This document shows, in pieces, positions 9,325-19,062 of a stretch of 40,000 nucleotides of DNA. Origin of the DNA: Paraferrimonas sedimenticola (GTDB taxonomy: Bacteria > Pseudomonadota > Gammaproteobacteria > Enterobacterales > Shewanellaceae). The notes beneath the pieces were generated by a model, which searched no databases, was not told the origin of the DNA, and worked only from the letters and a program-made list of their open reading frames with translations. The position numbers were made by a program, and so were the translations under genes. The stretch covers positions 339,196 to 379,195 of the forward strand of contig NZ_NRIR01000002.1 of NCBI RefSeq assembly GCF_002282855.1, given 5' to 3'. Numbering within the stretch: position 1 is the first letter of the stretch; every line of letters starts with the position of its first letter.

Positions 9325-11121
9325 GTGGATTTAAATACAAATTATCAAAGCAGCGATGCCACTAACGAAGGGATTCAATCCAGCTCGTTCAGTCACGCGA
9401 GCTACGCCAGAAAGGACAAAATTGGCTATGGCTACGTGGCCGGTGTTCATCACTTTTTCCCGTCAGCCATCATCGATGAAGAGTGGCAAGCGGAAAATCA
9501 GGTAACCATTACGGTAAAACCAACCTCGCTTATCGAAGTCATGAAATGGCTGTACTTTGAGCAAGGTGGCTGGCTGGCGGTGTCGTTTGGTAACGACGAG
9601 CGCAGCATCAACGGCAACTTCGCGGTCTACCACGCACTGTCGATGGAAGGCGAAGTGAAAAGCTGGGTGACGGTGAAAATCCTAGTGGACCCTGTGACTC
9701 AAGAGTTCCCATCGATTACTCCACACCTGCCAGCAGCGGTTTGGGGTGAGCGCGAAGTGCGTGACATGTACGGTTTGAGACCAGTGGGCTTGCCGGATGA
9801 GCGTCGCTTGGTATTGCCGGACGATTGGCCAGAAGACCTACACCCATTGCGCAAAGACGCGATGGACTACCGTCAACGTCCGATGCCGACCACTGAAGAT
9901 GAGACCTATCCGTTTGACAATCAACTGGGCGATGACTCCAACCGCATCGTACCGGTTGGTCCGCTGCACGTAACCTCGGATGAGCCAGGTCACTTTAGAC
10001 TGTTTGTCGACGGCGAAGACATTGTCGATGCTGATTACCGTATGTTTTACGTCCATCGCGGCATGGAAAAACTCGCCGAAACTCGCATGGGCTACAACGA
10101 AGTCGCCTTCCTGACCGACCGAGTGTGCGGCATTTGCGGTTACACCCACAGCGTGGGTTATAGCAATAGTGTCGAAAACGCCCTTGGGATTGAGGTGCCA
10201 GAGCGCGCCAAGATGATCCGCACCGTGTTGCTTGAGGTGGAGCGTCTGCACTCGCATCTACTTAACATCGGCCTATCCAGTCACTTCGTTGGTTTTGACA
10301 CCGGCTTTATGCAGTTCTTCAGGGTTCGTGAGAAGACCATGGAGCTGGCAGAGCTGCTCACCGGTGCTCGTAAAACTTACGGCTTGAACTTAATTGGCGG
10401 TGTGCGCCGAGACATTCTGGCCACTCAACGCTCACAAGCGATTAAGATTGTTCGCGAAGTTCGCCGTGAGTTTGAAGAAATCGTCGACTTCCTGCTGGCC
10501 ACTCCTAATCTGGAAAGCCGCATCAATGGCGTGGGCGTGTTGGATAGAGAAGTGGCGCGCAACTACAGCCCAGTAGGACCGACTGTGCGTGGTGCCGGCT
10601 TTGATCGCGATGCGCGTACCGTTCATGCCAAGTCACTTGAAGCCTACGGCAAAATGCCAATGTCGCTGCAAAAAGCCGACACGGGTGATGTCGCCGCTCG
10701 AGTAGTTATCCGCATTCAAGAGGTATACGACTCACTCAATATGGTGGAGTGGGGCCTAGATAACCTGGCGGCTGGCAAACTGCTAGTAGAAGGCTTTGAC
10801 TATCAACCAAACAAGTTTGCTCTGGGCTTTACCGAAGCGCCGCGTGGCGAGAACGTCCACTGGAGCATGACCGGCGACAATCAGAAGCTGTACCGCTGGC
10901 GCTGCCGTGCGGCCACGTATGCCAACTGGCCTGTGTTGCGCTACATGCTTCGCGGTAACACAGTCTCTGACGCACCACTGATCATCGGCAGTCTTGACCC
11001 TTGTTACTCCTGTACTGACCGAGTCACCATCGTCGACAAGCGCAAGAACAAGTCGAAAACCGTGTCTTACAAAGAGTTTGAGCGCTACAGCATCGAGCGC
11101 AAGAACTCGCCATTTAAGTAG
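9325..11121 (+). CDS. hyfG: [NiFe] hydrogenase-4 large subunit (NuoC-NuoD fusion, HycE/HyfG type)
   Basis: The start is GTG, with GAGGAA 5 nt upstream. The N-terminal Ni ligand motif is RVCGICGYTHS and the C-terminal motif is DPCYSCTDR. A 34-aa tail (VTIVDKRKNK...SPFK) follows and is the expected HycI cleavage substrate. The NuoC-like region reads AVWGEREVRDMYGL. At 598 aa it is ~40 aa longer at the N-terminus than E. coli HyfG as I recall it. Confidence 0.9.
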   Translation: MDLNTNYQSSDATNEGIQSSSFSHASYARKDKIGYGYVAGVHHFFPSAIIDEEWQAENQVTITVKPTSLIEVMKWLYFEQGGWLAVSFGNDERSINGNFAVYHALSMEGEVKSWVTVKILVDPVTQEFPSITPHLPAAVWGEREVRDMYGLRPVGLPDERRLVLPDDWPEDLHPLRKDAMDYRQRPMPTTEDETYPFDNQLGDDSNRIVPVGPLHVTSDEPGHFRLFVDGEDIVDADYRMFYVHRGMEKLAETRMGYNEVAFLTDRVCGICGYTHSVGYSNSVENALGIEVPERAKMIRTVLLEVERLHSHLLNIGLSSHFVGFDTGFMQFFRVREKTMELAELLTGARKTYGLNLIGGVRRDILATQRSQAIKIVREVRREFEEIVDFLLATPNLESRINGVGVLDREVARNYSPVGPTVRGAGFDRDARTVHAKSLEAYGKMPMSLQKADTGDVAARVVIRIQEVYDSLNMVEWGLDNLAAGKLLVEGFDYQPNKFALGFTEAPRGENVHWSMTGDNQKLYRWRCRAATYANWPVLRYMLRGNTVSDAPLIIGSLDPCYSCTDRVTIVDKRKNKSKTVSYKEFERYSIERKNSPFK

Positions 11122-11130
11122 GGAGGCAGC

Positions 11131-11694
11131 ATGTTTAAATTACTAAAAACCATTGCTAAAGCCGGTGAGTCAACCGCTAAGTATCCCTTTGCTCCTTACC
11201 CGGTAAGCGACGATTTTCGCGGAAAACCCGAGTACCAGCCAAAGCAGTGCATCAGCTGCGCGGCCTGTACTCGAGCTTGTCCAGCGAACGCGCTGATCAT
11301 GGAAACCAATACCGCGGATAACAGCCGTCGTTGGCAGCTGAGCCTGGCGCGCTGCATCTATTGTGGCCGTTGTGAAGAGGTTTGCCCGACCGGCGCTATT
11401 AAGCTGTCACAAGACTTTGAACTCGCGGTGGGTAACAAAGCGGATTTGTACCAAGAGGCGGTGTTTGAACTGTCCTCTTGTGTGCAGTGTGGCGTGGCGT
11501 TTGCGCCACAAAAAGCGGTTAAGTACGCTCTGGACTTGTTAGTCCAAGCGGGTTTGCCTACAGAACAGCTAGAGAGCCGCACACAGCAACTGAACACCTG
11601 TCCAGAGTGCCGTCGCAAAGCCAATATGCTCGAAGGCGATGGACTTATGCAGCGCAATACCATGAGCCAGGAGACTGTCAATGAAAGGAATTAA
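11131..11694 (+). CDS. hyfH: Hydrogenase-4 2x[4Fe-4S] subunit (NuoI/HycF-like)
   Basis: The 187 aa protein has [12 protein letters not shown] and [12 protein letters not shown], plus a C-terminal CxxC..CxxC (CVQCG..CPEC). GGGAGG lies upstream. Confidence 0.88.
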   Translation: MFKLLKTIAKAGESTAKYPFAPYPVSDDFRGKPEYQPKQCISCAACTRACPANALIMETNTADNSRRWQLSLARCIYCGRCEEVCPTGAIKLSQDFELAVGNKADLYQEAVFELSSCVQCGVAFAPQKAVKYALDLLVQAGLPTEQLESRTQQLNTCPECRRKANMLEGDGLMQRNTMSQETVNERN

Positions 11695-12499
11695 GCAAAT
11701 TGTTGGCAATGACCACACGCAAACCGTACCGGTAGAGGTGGATGAGCAGCTAGTTAAGATGAAAGGCACGCTGCTCAACGACATCAAGCGCTCTGCTTAT
11801 GTTTACCGAGTGGATTGCGGCGGTTGTAACGCCTGTGAAATTGAGATCTTTGGTGCTATTACGCCTGTGTTTGACGCCGAGCGATTTGGTATCAAAGTAG
11901 TGGCATCACCGCGCCATGCAGACATTCTGCTATACACAGGCGCGGTCACTCGCTCCATGCGAATGCCTGCGTTGCGCGCCTATGAAGCGGCTCCGGACCC
12001 TAAAATTGTGGTGTCTTACGGTGCCTGTGGTAACGATGGTGGTATCTTCCACGACCTTTACTGTGTCTGGGGCGGAACCGACAAGATTGTTCCTGTGGAC
12101 GTTTATATTCCCGGCTGTCCTCCAACCCCCGCGGCGACCATTTATGGCTTTGCGGTGGCGCTTGGGCTACTGGACCAAAAGCTCAAAGCCGAGCACCACA
12201 CTGAGCAACCTGGCGAAGTCGCGACGCTTAAGCACACGGGGATCCCGCTGGAGATCAAGACCTTAATCGAACGCGAAGCGCGTCGCTTTGCCGGTTATCG
12301 CTATGGCCAAGACATTGCTGATGAGTTTATGGAAGTGCTTGCCAGCGCTGATCCAGACAATGTTGATGCCAAGATCCGCGCTTACTTGGACGACAAGAAA
12401 GATCCGCGTTTAAGCGAAATCATAACCAGCATCAACAGTTCTGTGTTGGCACGCATGGGTCAGCCGAGTTCGATGGCCGAAGCGGTTGAAGCCAGTTAA
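11681..12499 (+). CDS. hyfI: [NiFe] hydrogenase-4 small subunit (NuoB/HycG-like)
   Basis: The 272 aa protein has the NuoB-type cluster ligands [19 protein letters not shown] and IPGCPPTP. It overlaps hyfH by 14 nt. Confidence 0.88.
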   Translation: MKGIKQIVGNDHTQTVPVEVDEQLVKMKGTLLNDIKRSAYVYRVDCGGCNACEIEIFGAITPVFDAERFGIKVVASPRHADILLYTGAVTRSMRMPALRAYEAAPDPKIVVSYGACGNDGGIFHDLYCVWGGTDKIVPVDVYIPGCPPTPAATIYGFAVALGLLDQKLKAEHHTEQPGEVATLKHTGIPLEIKTLIEREARRFAGYRYGQDIADEFMEVLASADPDNVDAKIRAYLDDKKDPRLSEIITSINSSVLARMGQPSSMAEAVEAS

Positions 12500-12510
12500 G
12501 GGGATTGCCA

Positions 12511-12915
12511 ATGTCGGATAAGGTATTGTTCTACGCCTTGAGTCGCAAGTTTGTCGACGAGCAAACCGATGTGCCCGAGGAAGCCAAGCAAGTGATGTAC
12601 TATGGCCTCGCCATAGGCCATCACTTGGGCATCGTCGATTGCTTAAAGGCGGTCATTACCTGCTCGCGAGACGAGTACAAAACTTGGCTGGAAGCCCTGC
12701 CTGAGGGCGGCACGGCTAGACGCAAGATGGAAGGCTTTTTCAGGTTTGGAGAAATCACCATTTTTCCTGAGCACATCCATATGTTGGCCAATGCGTTTGA
12801 AGCCGCTCTGGCCAAGCAGTCGAGCCAATACCAAAAGCTGAGTCGCGATTTTATCGATGCCCTGGGCAAGATTTATCGCGAGCCTGATATGTACATAATG
12901 GTGCGAGAGAGGTAA
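12511..12915 (+). CDS. hyfJ: Formate hydrogenlyase maturation protein HycH/HyfJ
   Basis: The protein is ~134 aa. The ORF track starts at TTG 12505, but ATG 12511 sits 6 nt after AAGGGGA. Its size and position between the small subunit gene and hycI match HyfJ/HycH. Confidence 0.7.
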   Translation: MSDKVLFYALSRKFVDEQTDVPEEAKQVMYYGLAIGHHLGIVDCLKAVITCSRDEYKTWLEALPEGGTARRKMEGFFRFGEITIFPEHIHMLANAFEAALAKQSSQYQKLSRDFIDALGKIYREPDMYIMVRER

Positions 12916-12917
12916 CC

Positions 12918-13412
12918 ATGTCTAATCACGATCAACAACAAGAGCGCTCACCCAAAGCGAAAAATGTACTGCTTGCCGTGGGCAATAGCATGATGGGTGA
13001 TGACGGCGCCGGGCCTTTGTTAGCTGAGCTATTGGATGCCCAGCCCATCGACGATTGGGTCGCGGTAGATGGCGGCAGCGCACCGGAAAACTGTGTGCAT
13101 CAAATTCGTCAGTTGCAACCTGAGCGAGTGATTGTGTTTGATGCCGCTGAAATCGGTGAGCAGGCTGGTGAGGTACGGGTTATCGACCCAGACGCGATTG
13201 CCGACATGTTCATCATGTCGACTCACAGCCTGCCGCTCAATTTCCTTATTGATGACTTAAAGACCTTTGTACCGGAAGTTCAGTTTGTCGGTGTGCAGCC
13301 AGCGATTGTGGCTTTCTCTTTCCCCATGACTGAGATGGTTACCAAAGCGGTGGAAGGCTTGTATCAAAGACTGCCCACCTGGGAGGGCAACGGCGGTTAC
13401 GCGACCATCTGA
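12918..13412 (+). CDS. hycI: Hydrogenase 3/4 large-subunit C-terminal maturation endopeptidase HycI
   Basis: The 164 aa protein has LLAVGNSMMGDDGAGPLLAELL and VIVFDAAE...STHSLPL, typical of HycI/HybD-family proteases. It is the last gene before a strong terminator. Confidence 0.88.
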   Translation: MSNHDQQQERSPKAKNVLLAVGNSMMGDDGAGPLLAELLDAQPIDDWVAVDGGSAPENCVHQIRQLQPERVIVFDAAEIGEQAGEVRVIDPDAIADMFIMSTHSLPLNFLIDDLKTFVPEVQFVGVQPAIVAFSFPMTEMVTKAVEGLYQRLPTWEGNGGYATI

Positions 13413-13443
13413 TATTCGACTCACTGCTATTTGACACAATTTG

Positions 13444-13479
13444 GTGGCGAGCTGCTTTGGCAGTCTCGCCACTTTTTTT
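13444..13479 (+). terminator. Rho-independent terminator of the hyf-hycI operon
   Basis: GTGGCGAGCTGC-tttg-GCAG(t)CTCGCCAC forms a 12-bp stem with one bulge. It is followed directly by TTTTTTT (13473-13479), 32 nt after the hycI stop. Confidence 0.85.
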
Positions 13480-13502
13480 GTCTGGAGTTTTGTTGGTTGG
13501 GA

Positions 13503-13554
13503 GTGTCGAAGCCGTGTCGACACCTGTGACGACACTCGCTGAAAAATTCGTCAC
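13503..13554. promoter_or_regulatory. Candidate enhancer (UAS) for the sigma54 activator upstream of hydN-fdhF
   Basis: The cluster comprises GTGTCGAA (13503-13510), the palindrome GTGTCGACAC (13514-13523), GTGACGACAC (13526-13535) and TTCGTCAC (13547-13554). It lies ~130 bp upstream of the -24 GG. Phased T-tracts at 13607-13611, 13617-13621 and 13623-13628 lie between it and the promoter. Confidence 0.5.
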
Positions 13555-13649
13555 AACACTTGTGTATTGCAAACAATTACCGTCTAGCAATTCTGTTAAT
13601 TGTCTGTTTTTATTGGTTTTTATTTTTTAGGTGAGTTGCGAGTTGGAAC

Positions 13650-13665
13650 TGGTACATTTCCTGCT
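13650..13665 (+). promoter_or_regulatory. sigma54 (-24/-12) promoter of hydN-fdhF
   Basis: The sequence is TGGTACATTTCCTGCT, with GG-N10-GC spacing exactly canonical (consensus TGGCAC-N5-TTGCW). An FhlA-type activator gene lies in the island. In E. coli, fdhF and hyc are sigma54/FhlA dependent. Confidence 0.65.
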
Positions 13666-13818
13666 TTATTACAGGTATGAGAGTTATCAAGGTCGCTAAG
13701 GAGTCACGCTCAATGAGACCCATGGCCGTTTCTCTTGTTGATGGTAAACCGCTTGCCGAACGCTGGCAAAGCCGAGGTTTTACCAAAATTAGTTGATCGA
13801 TTGAAGAGGGAAGAACTG

Positions 13819-14367
13819 ATGAATCGATTTGTGTTTGCAGACCCCAGTCAATGTATCGGATGCCGAACATGCGAAGTGGCCTGCGTATTATCTCACCAGG
13901 AAGTGAGCCAGATAGAGTCGCTTGATCCAAGCAAATTCTATCCACGGCTGAATTTGGTGAGAAATGGGGATGTTACCACCCCCATAATGTGTCGGCAGTG
14001 TGAAGACGCGCCTTGTGAAAAGGTTTGTCCGAACAACGCCATCTATCGTGAAAATGGTCAGGTGCACGTCATGCAATCTCGTTGCATCGGCTGTAAAACC
14101 TGTGCCATTGCCTGTCCTTACGGTGCAATGAACGTGGTGGCATTCCCGGTCAAGCAAGAAGGCCCATCGCCACTGTTCAAACTCAATACCGTTAAAGCTC
14201 AAGCGCTGAAGTGCGATTTGTGCAACAACCGAGCCGAAGGGCCGGCCTGTGTTGAAGTTTGTCCAACTAGCGCTATTCGAGTGATCGAGCCGACTGACAT
14301 GGACCAGTTGATGAAACAAAAGCGTCAACAGGCCGCGACCGAAGCACTTAGCACGGTAACGAGTTAA
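13819..14367 (+). CDS. hydN: Electron-transfer 4x[4Fe-4S] ferredoxin HydN (FDH-H associated)
   Basis: The conserved N-terminus MNRFVFADPSQCIGCRTCEVAC starts at ATG 13819, with GAAGAGGGA upstream. The ORF-track start at 13735 adds 28 non-conserved residues with no SD. Motifs are CRQCEDAPCEKVCP, CIGCKTCAIACP and CDLC..CVEVCP. It lies immediately upstream of fdhF. Confidence 0.8.
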   Translation: MNRFVFADPSQCIGCRTCEVACVLSHQEVSQIESLDPSKFYPRLNLVRNGDVTTPIMCRQCEDAPCEKVCPNNAIYRENGQVHVMQSRCIGCKTCAIACPYGAMNVVAFPVKQEGPSPLFKLNTVKAQALKCDLCNNRAEGPACVEVCPTSAIRVIEPTDMDQLMKQKRQQAATEALSTVTS

Positions 14368-14420
14368 TAAACCAATACCAGAATCTCGATTTTGCTATTC
14401 ATAATATCCAGGAGATTGGA

Positions 14421-16580
14421 ATGAAGAAAACCCTTACGGTGTGCCCCTATTGTGGCACTGGTTGTAAGCTAAATCTCATTACCGAGAACGGTAAGTTAGT
14501 GGGCGCTGAGCCTGCTAATGGCCGAACCAACCAAGGCGAACTATGCCTGAAAGGTTACTACGGCTGGGACTTCCTAAAAGACACTAACCTTTTAACCCCG
14601 CGCCTAAAAAGCCCGATGATCCGCCGCAGCAAAGACGCTGAGCTAGAGCCGGTATCGTGGAAAGAGGCGATTAAGTTTGCAGCGGATAAGCTGACTGACA
14701 TTAAAAAGCGCTACGGACCTGATTCAATCATGACCACAGGCTCTGCCCGTGGACCAGGTAACGAAGCCAACTTTGTGATGCAAAAATTTGCGCGTGCCGT
14801 TATCGGTACGAACAACGTCGACCACTGTGCTAGGGTGTGACACGCCCCTTCAGTTGCCGGTCTGGTAACAACAGTTGGAAACGGTGCAATGAGCAATGCC
14901 ATCACCGAGATACAAGATACTAAGTGCTTACTAATTTTTGGTTACAACGCTGCGGATTCGCATCCAATCGTTGCCAAGCACATCCTTAAAGCCAAAGCCA
15001 ACGGCGCGAAAATCATTGTTTGTGATCCTCGCAAAGTGGAAACCGCGCGTATTGCCGATCAATGGTTGCCATTGAAAAACGGCTCTAACATGGCTTTGAT
15101 CAACGCTTTCGCCAATGTCTTAATCGAAGAGGGTTTGTACAAACCTGAATTCGTTGCTGAGCACACGGATAACTTCGAAGAATTCAAACAAACCGTGAAG
15201 AAATATACTCCTGAGTATGTGGAATCCATCACGGGTTTGAAAGCAGAAGAAATTCGCCAAGCCATTCGCACCTACGCAGAAAGCTCTGAATCCATGATTC
15301 TTTGGGGCATGGGCGTGACTCAGTTTGGCCAAGCGGTTGACGTGGTTCGAGGCATTGCCTCAATTGCGGCGATTACTGGCAACTTCGGTCGCCGCGGTGT
15401 TGGCTGTGGTCCGGTGCGTGGTCAAAACAACGTTCAGGGTACCTGTGATATGGGTATGCTGCCAAACGTCTATCCTGGCTATCAAAACGTCAATGACGAC
15501 CAAGTTCGAGCCAAGTTTGAGAAAGCTTGGGGCGTGCCTTTGTCGCCTAACCCAGGCTATACCCTAACGACCCTAGGTCACAGAGTGAAAGACGGCAGCT
15601 GCCGTGCCTACTACATCTTTGGTGAAGATCCAGCTCAAACCGAAGCGGACTTGGCGCACTTGCGCGAGACCATTCGCGGTATGGAGTTGGTGATTGTACA
15701 AGACATCTTTATGACTCAGACCGCTGAAATGGCCGATGTCATCTTCCCCGCCACCAGTTGGGGTGAGCATGAGTGTGTCTATTCTTGCGCAGACCGAGGT
15801 TTCCAACGCAGCTCGAAGGCGATTGAGCCGCCTAAAGGCGTTAAGCGCGATTGGGAAATCTTCTGCATGTTGGCTGAAGAAATGGGTTATCCCATGGCTT
15901 ACAACAACACCAAAGAGATTTGGGACGAAGTGCGCAGCCTAGCGCCGCTATTTGCCGGTGCGACTTACGAGAAAATGGAAGGCTTGGCCTCGATTCAATG
16001 GCCATGCCCAACCGAAGACCACCCTGGTACCTCGTTCTTGTTTGAAAACGCCAAGTTCACTACGCCAAATGGACGCGCTCAGCTGTTTGCCGCCGAATGG
16101 CGTGCGCCGATTGAGCAGCCGGACAACGACTATCCGCTGGTTCTCTCAACGGTACGCGAAGTCGGTCACTACTCCTGTCGCTCTATGACGGGTAACTGCT
16201 CGGCGTTGCAAACTCTGGCGGATGAGCCTGGATATGTACAAGTTCACCCAGATGACGCACGCGCCTTAGCGCTAACGGACCAAGACTTGGTTTGGATCTC
16301 GTCTCGTCGCGGTAAGGTCATTACTCGAGTCGCGGTCAACGAGCGCGTCAATATGGGTACTGTCTACATGACCTACCAATGGTGGATTGGCGCTTGTAAC
16401 GAGTTGACCATCGAGCATCTAGACCCAATTTCCTTCACACCAGAGTACAAGTACTGTGCCGTGAAAATTGAGGGAATTGACGATCAGGTGTGGGCGGAGA
16501 ACTACGTCAAGTCTGAGTACAGCGCGCTTAAAGCCAAGCTTAAAAAAGCGGCAAAAACAGAGGAGGCTGCGGTTATTTAG
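14421..16580 (+). CDS. fdhF: Formate dehydrogenase H (molybdopterin, selenocysteine-containing); in-frame UGA at 14838-14840 read as Sec
   Basis: ORFs 14421-14840 and 14889-16580 are in the same frame. Translating through the TGA gives [31 protein letters not shown]. This matches the FdhH active-site region, with Sec at codon 140 as in E. coli. The N-terminal 4Fe-4S motif is CPYCGTGC. The total is 719 codons. Confidence 0.9.
14841..14880 (+). promoter_or_regulatory. SECIS-like mRNA hairpin directing Sec insertion at the fdhF UGA
   Basis: A stem forms starting 13 nt 3' of the UGA: GUUGCC (14853-14858) pairs with GGUAAC (14864-14869) around a GGUCU loop. The 5' arm and loop (GUUGC.GGUCUG) closely resemble the E. 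coli fdhF minimal SECIS as I remember it. Confidence 0.65.
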
Positions 16581-16601
16581 TAACTGTTAACCCGGCTAGT
16601 C

Positions 16602-16627
16602 GCCAGCGAGGCGAGTGCTTCGCTGGC
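16602..16627 (+). terminator. Hairpin after fdhF (GCCAGCGA-N10-TCGCTGGC), no U-tract
   Basis: An 8-bp perfect stem lies 22 nt after the fdhF stop, extended by imperfect outer pairing (CTAGT...ACTAG). No T-run follows, so termination efficiency is uncertain. Confidence 0.35.
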
Positions 16628-16845
16628 AACTACTAGCTCGCATTTGTTTGAAAATTTACGGCAAGCAAACGCGGATTTTAGCCATAGATAATAAAAAGCA
16701 AAACGCGTGTCGCTGGGTTTGCAAAGCGGTAGACAAGCTTATCTACAACTCAATTATTTAACTTTGGCTTTTGGTAATGTTCATAGTGTTCGGTACTAAA
16801 AACAATACGTTGTAAAGACGACAAAACTGAGTGAGAGCATAGCTA

Positions 16846-18981
16846 ATGTTAAAAATGACACCTTTGGTGGAGGAAGTATCCGCTAAATGGGAACCGGTAT
16901 TTATTGACCTTGCGCAAGAGGTGCTACAAGCGGCCAGCGTGGAAGAAGTGCTGCGGATCGTTAACGGGCACCGCTTTCAGTTTTGCAATGTCAATCAAAT
17001 CCATTTGGTGCTCATTGCTCGAAATGAGCTCAATCACGAGTGTTTTGCCGAATACAGCTTTATCAATGGTGAAGTTCGCTTCGCTAACCGCTTTGAGTTA
17101 GAGCGGTTTTCTGACCGCACCAGCGTGGTAACTCTGCCTTACGAAGCCTTTCGCAGAGACTTCCCCTGTGACGCACTAGAGTGCAAATACTTAAACTTCT
17201 CTAGCTATTGCCGCGTGCCCCTGTTCAACGACTCAAAGCTTGTTGGCTGGGTTGAGTATTTGAGCGCGCAAGTTGATGAATTCGATCAATTGGTCATCAA
17301 CAAGCTCAGACAACTTTCCAATATTGTCGCCATTGGTATTGGCAATGTGATGGATAAGGAGAGCTCAAAGCGCAAAGAGCGCAGGTTGCGCAAAGAGAGC
17401 AAGAACAACGAAGTGCTGGTGGATATCACCAATGCGGTGCTGTCCCAAGACAGCTTGGACAGCCTGGCTGCGAGCCTGCACCACTTCATGCAAAAACATT
17501 TCGACATCAAACATTTGAGTTTGATGTCCGTGGGTAAGCAGGCTGAAGAACTGCTCTGTTTTGATGTCATGGCAAGTAGCCATTTACAGTTGGTAGACGA
17601 CAAACACTGCGACAATCAACCATCAGTAACCACTCGAACCATTAAATTCCATGAATCGCCGTTCGAGATTGTATTCGACTCTAGAAAGCCGTTACTGATT
17701 CGCAAAGAGCACCTGGATAAATACAAAACCAAATACCCGTTTTGCGAGCAGATCATCGCCAGCAAATTGGAGTCTGCTTGTGTGCTTCCGCTGATTTTTC
17801 GCGATCACGTTTGGGGAGCGATCAAGTTTTGTCACAGCGATAAACACTATTTCGAAAGAGCCGATATCGAACTGCTAGAGCAGGTGGCGGCGCGCACAGC
17901 GATGGGCCTCAACAGCTTTCACCTATCTTCTGAAATTGCCCAAACCGCGCGTCTAAACGAACCCGTTGAGTGTCCTAAAGAAACCCTGGATGAGGATATC
18001 GGCGAGATTGTCTATCGCAGCCAAGCCATGGCGGAAGTACTGGCCAAGGTGAAAATGGTGGCGCAGTGCGACTGCACCGTGTTGATTCTCGGTGAGACGG
18101 GTACTGGCAAAGAGTTAATCGCTCGCGCCATTCACCAGCTGAGTAATCGCAACGACAAGGCAATGGTCAAGATGAATTGCGCCTCGGTACCGACCGGTTT
18201 GTTTGAGAGCGATCTGTTTGGCCATGAAAAAGGCGCTTTCACCGGTGCCTTAAGCAAACGCATAGGCCGCTTTGAACTGGCTGACAAGGGCACCTTCTTT
18301 CTCGATGAGGTGGGTGATATGCCCATCGACCTACAGCCAAAGCTGTTACGAGTGCTCCAAGAAAGCGAGTTTGAAAGAGTGGGCTGTCACAAGCTAATCA
18401 ATGTCGACACCCGTTTAATCGCCGCGACCAACCGCGACCTATTGAGCATGGTGCGAACCAAAGAGTTTCGCTCGGATTTGTACTATCGATTGAACGTGTT
18501 CCCGATTGAATTACCGCCACTTAGAGAGCGTCGCGAAGACATACCGCTGCTGGCAAAGCACTTCGTCTGCAAGATTTCTAAGAAGATGGGTAAGAACATC
18601 AGCTCGATCCCGTCCGAGACCTTAAGGTTGCTATCGCTATTGCCCTGGTCTGGCAACATTCGCGAGCTGAGAAACGTTATTGAGCGCGCCGTGGTGACTA
18701 CTCAAGGCAAGGTGTTAAACATTCCTGCCGCTGAGCTTAAAGCGCTGCTATCCAGCACTGAGACGCGCCAACTGGAACAAGCTGAGAGTCAGAGTGCAAC
18801 GCCAGAGAGCGTTGAAGACGAACAAGATATAGAGCGAGAGCGAATCATCGCAGTGCTTAAGGAGACCAACGGCATAGTGGCTGGGCCAAGAGGCGCCGCT
18901 ACCAAACTTGGGCTCAAGCGCACTACTTTGCTGTCGCGCATGCAACGACTTGGGATTTCCTCAAAAAGTTATAGCAGCTAG
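16846..18981 (+). CDS. fhlA: Formate-responsive sigma54-dependent transcriptional activator (FhlA/HyfR family)
   Basis: The 711 aa protein has a long N-terminal GAF-like sensory region. The central AAA+ domain carries [30 protein letters not shown] (GAFTGA sigma54 contact loop), FLDEVGD and [12 protein letters not shown]-terminal Fis-type HTH ([21 protein letters not shown]) follows. Sequence alone does not tell me whether it is orthologous to fhlA or hyfR. Confidence 0.85.
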   Translation: MLKMTPLVEEVSAKWEPVFIDLAQEVLQAASVEEVLRIVNGHRFQFCNVNQIHLVLIARNELNHECFAEYSFINGEVRFANRFELERFSDRTSVVTLPYEAFRRDFPCDALECKYLNFSSYCRVPLFNDSKLVGWVEYLSAQVDEFDQLVINKLRQLSNIVAIGIGNVMDKESSKRKERRLRKESKNNEVLVDITNAVLSQDSLDSLAASLHHFMQKHFDIKHLSLMSVGKQAEELLCFDVMASSHLQLVDDKHCDNQPSVTTRTIKFHESPFEIVFDSRKPLLIRKEHLDKYKTKYPFCEQIIASKLESACVLPLIFRDHVWGAIKFCHSDKHYFERADIELLEQVAARTAMGLNSFHLSSEIAQTARLNEPVECPKETLDEDIGEIVYRSQAMAEVLAKVKMVAQCDCTVLILGETGTGKELIARAIHQLSNRNDKAMVKMNCASVPTGLFESDLFGHEKGAFTGALSKRIGRFELADKGTFFLDEVGDMPIDLQPKLLRVLQESEFERVGCHKLINVDTRLIAATNRDLLSMVRTKEFRSDLYYRLNVFPIELPPLRERREDIPLLAKHFVCKISKKMGKNISSIPSETLRLLSLLPWSGNIRELRNVIERAVVTTQGKVLNIPAAELKALLSSTETRQLEQAESQSATPESVEDEQDIERERIIAVLKETNGIVAGPRGAATKLGLKRTTLLSRMQRLGISSKSYSS

Positions 18982-19062
18982 TCGCTAATCGGCGAGGCTC
19001 TCTAACTCTTGCGACCCCGAGCGTGCAACAGAATTTAGTATTTTAAATTTAGGGGTATCAAT

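Noticed and set aside
13610-13945. A 111-aa minus-strand ORF spans the hydN promoter and leader.
   Set aside because: It covers the sigma54 promoter and T-tract region and overlaps the hydN start. It has no SD and a low-complexity composition, so it is most likely a chance ORF.
14421-16580. fdhF appears as two ORFs (139 aa and 563 aa), which suggests a nonsense-disrupted pseudogene.
   Set aside because: Both pieces share one frame. The interrupting codon is UGA at the exact FdhH active-site position (codon 140), a SECIS-like hairpin follows, and selB is in the island. It is annotated as one Sec-containing CDS.
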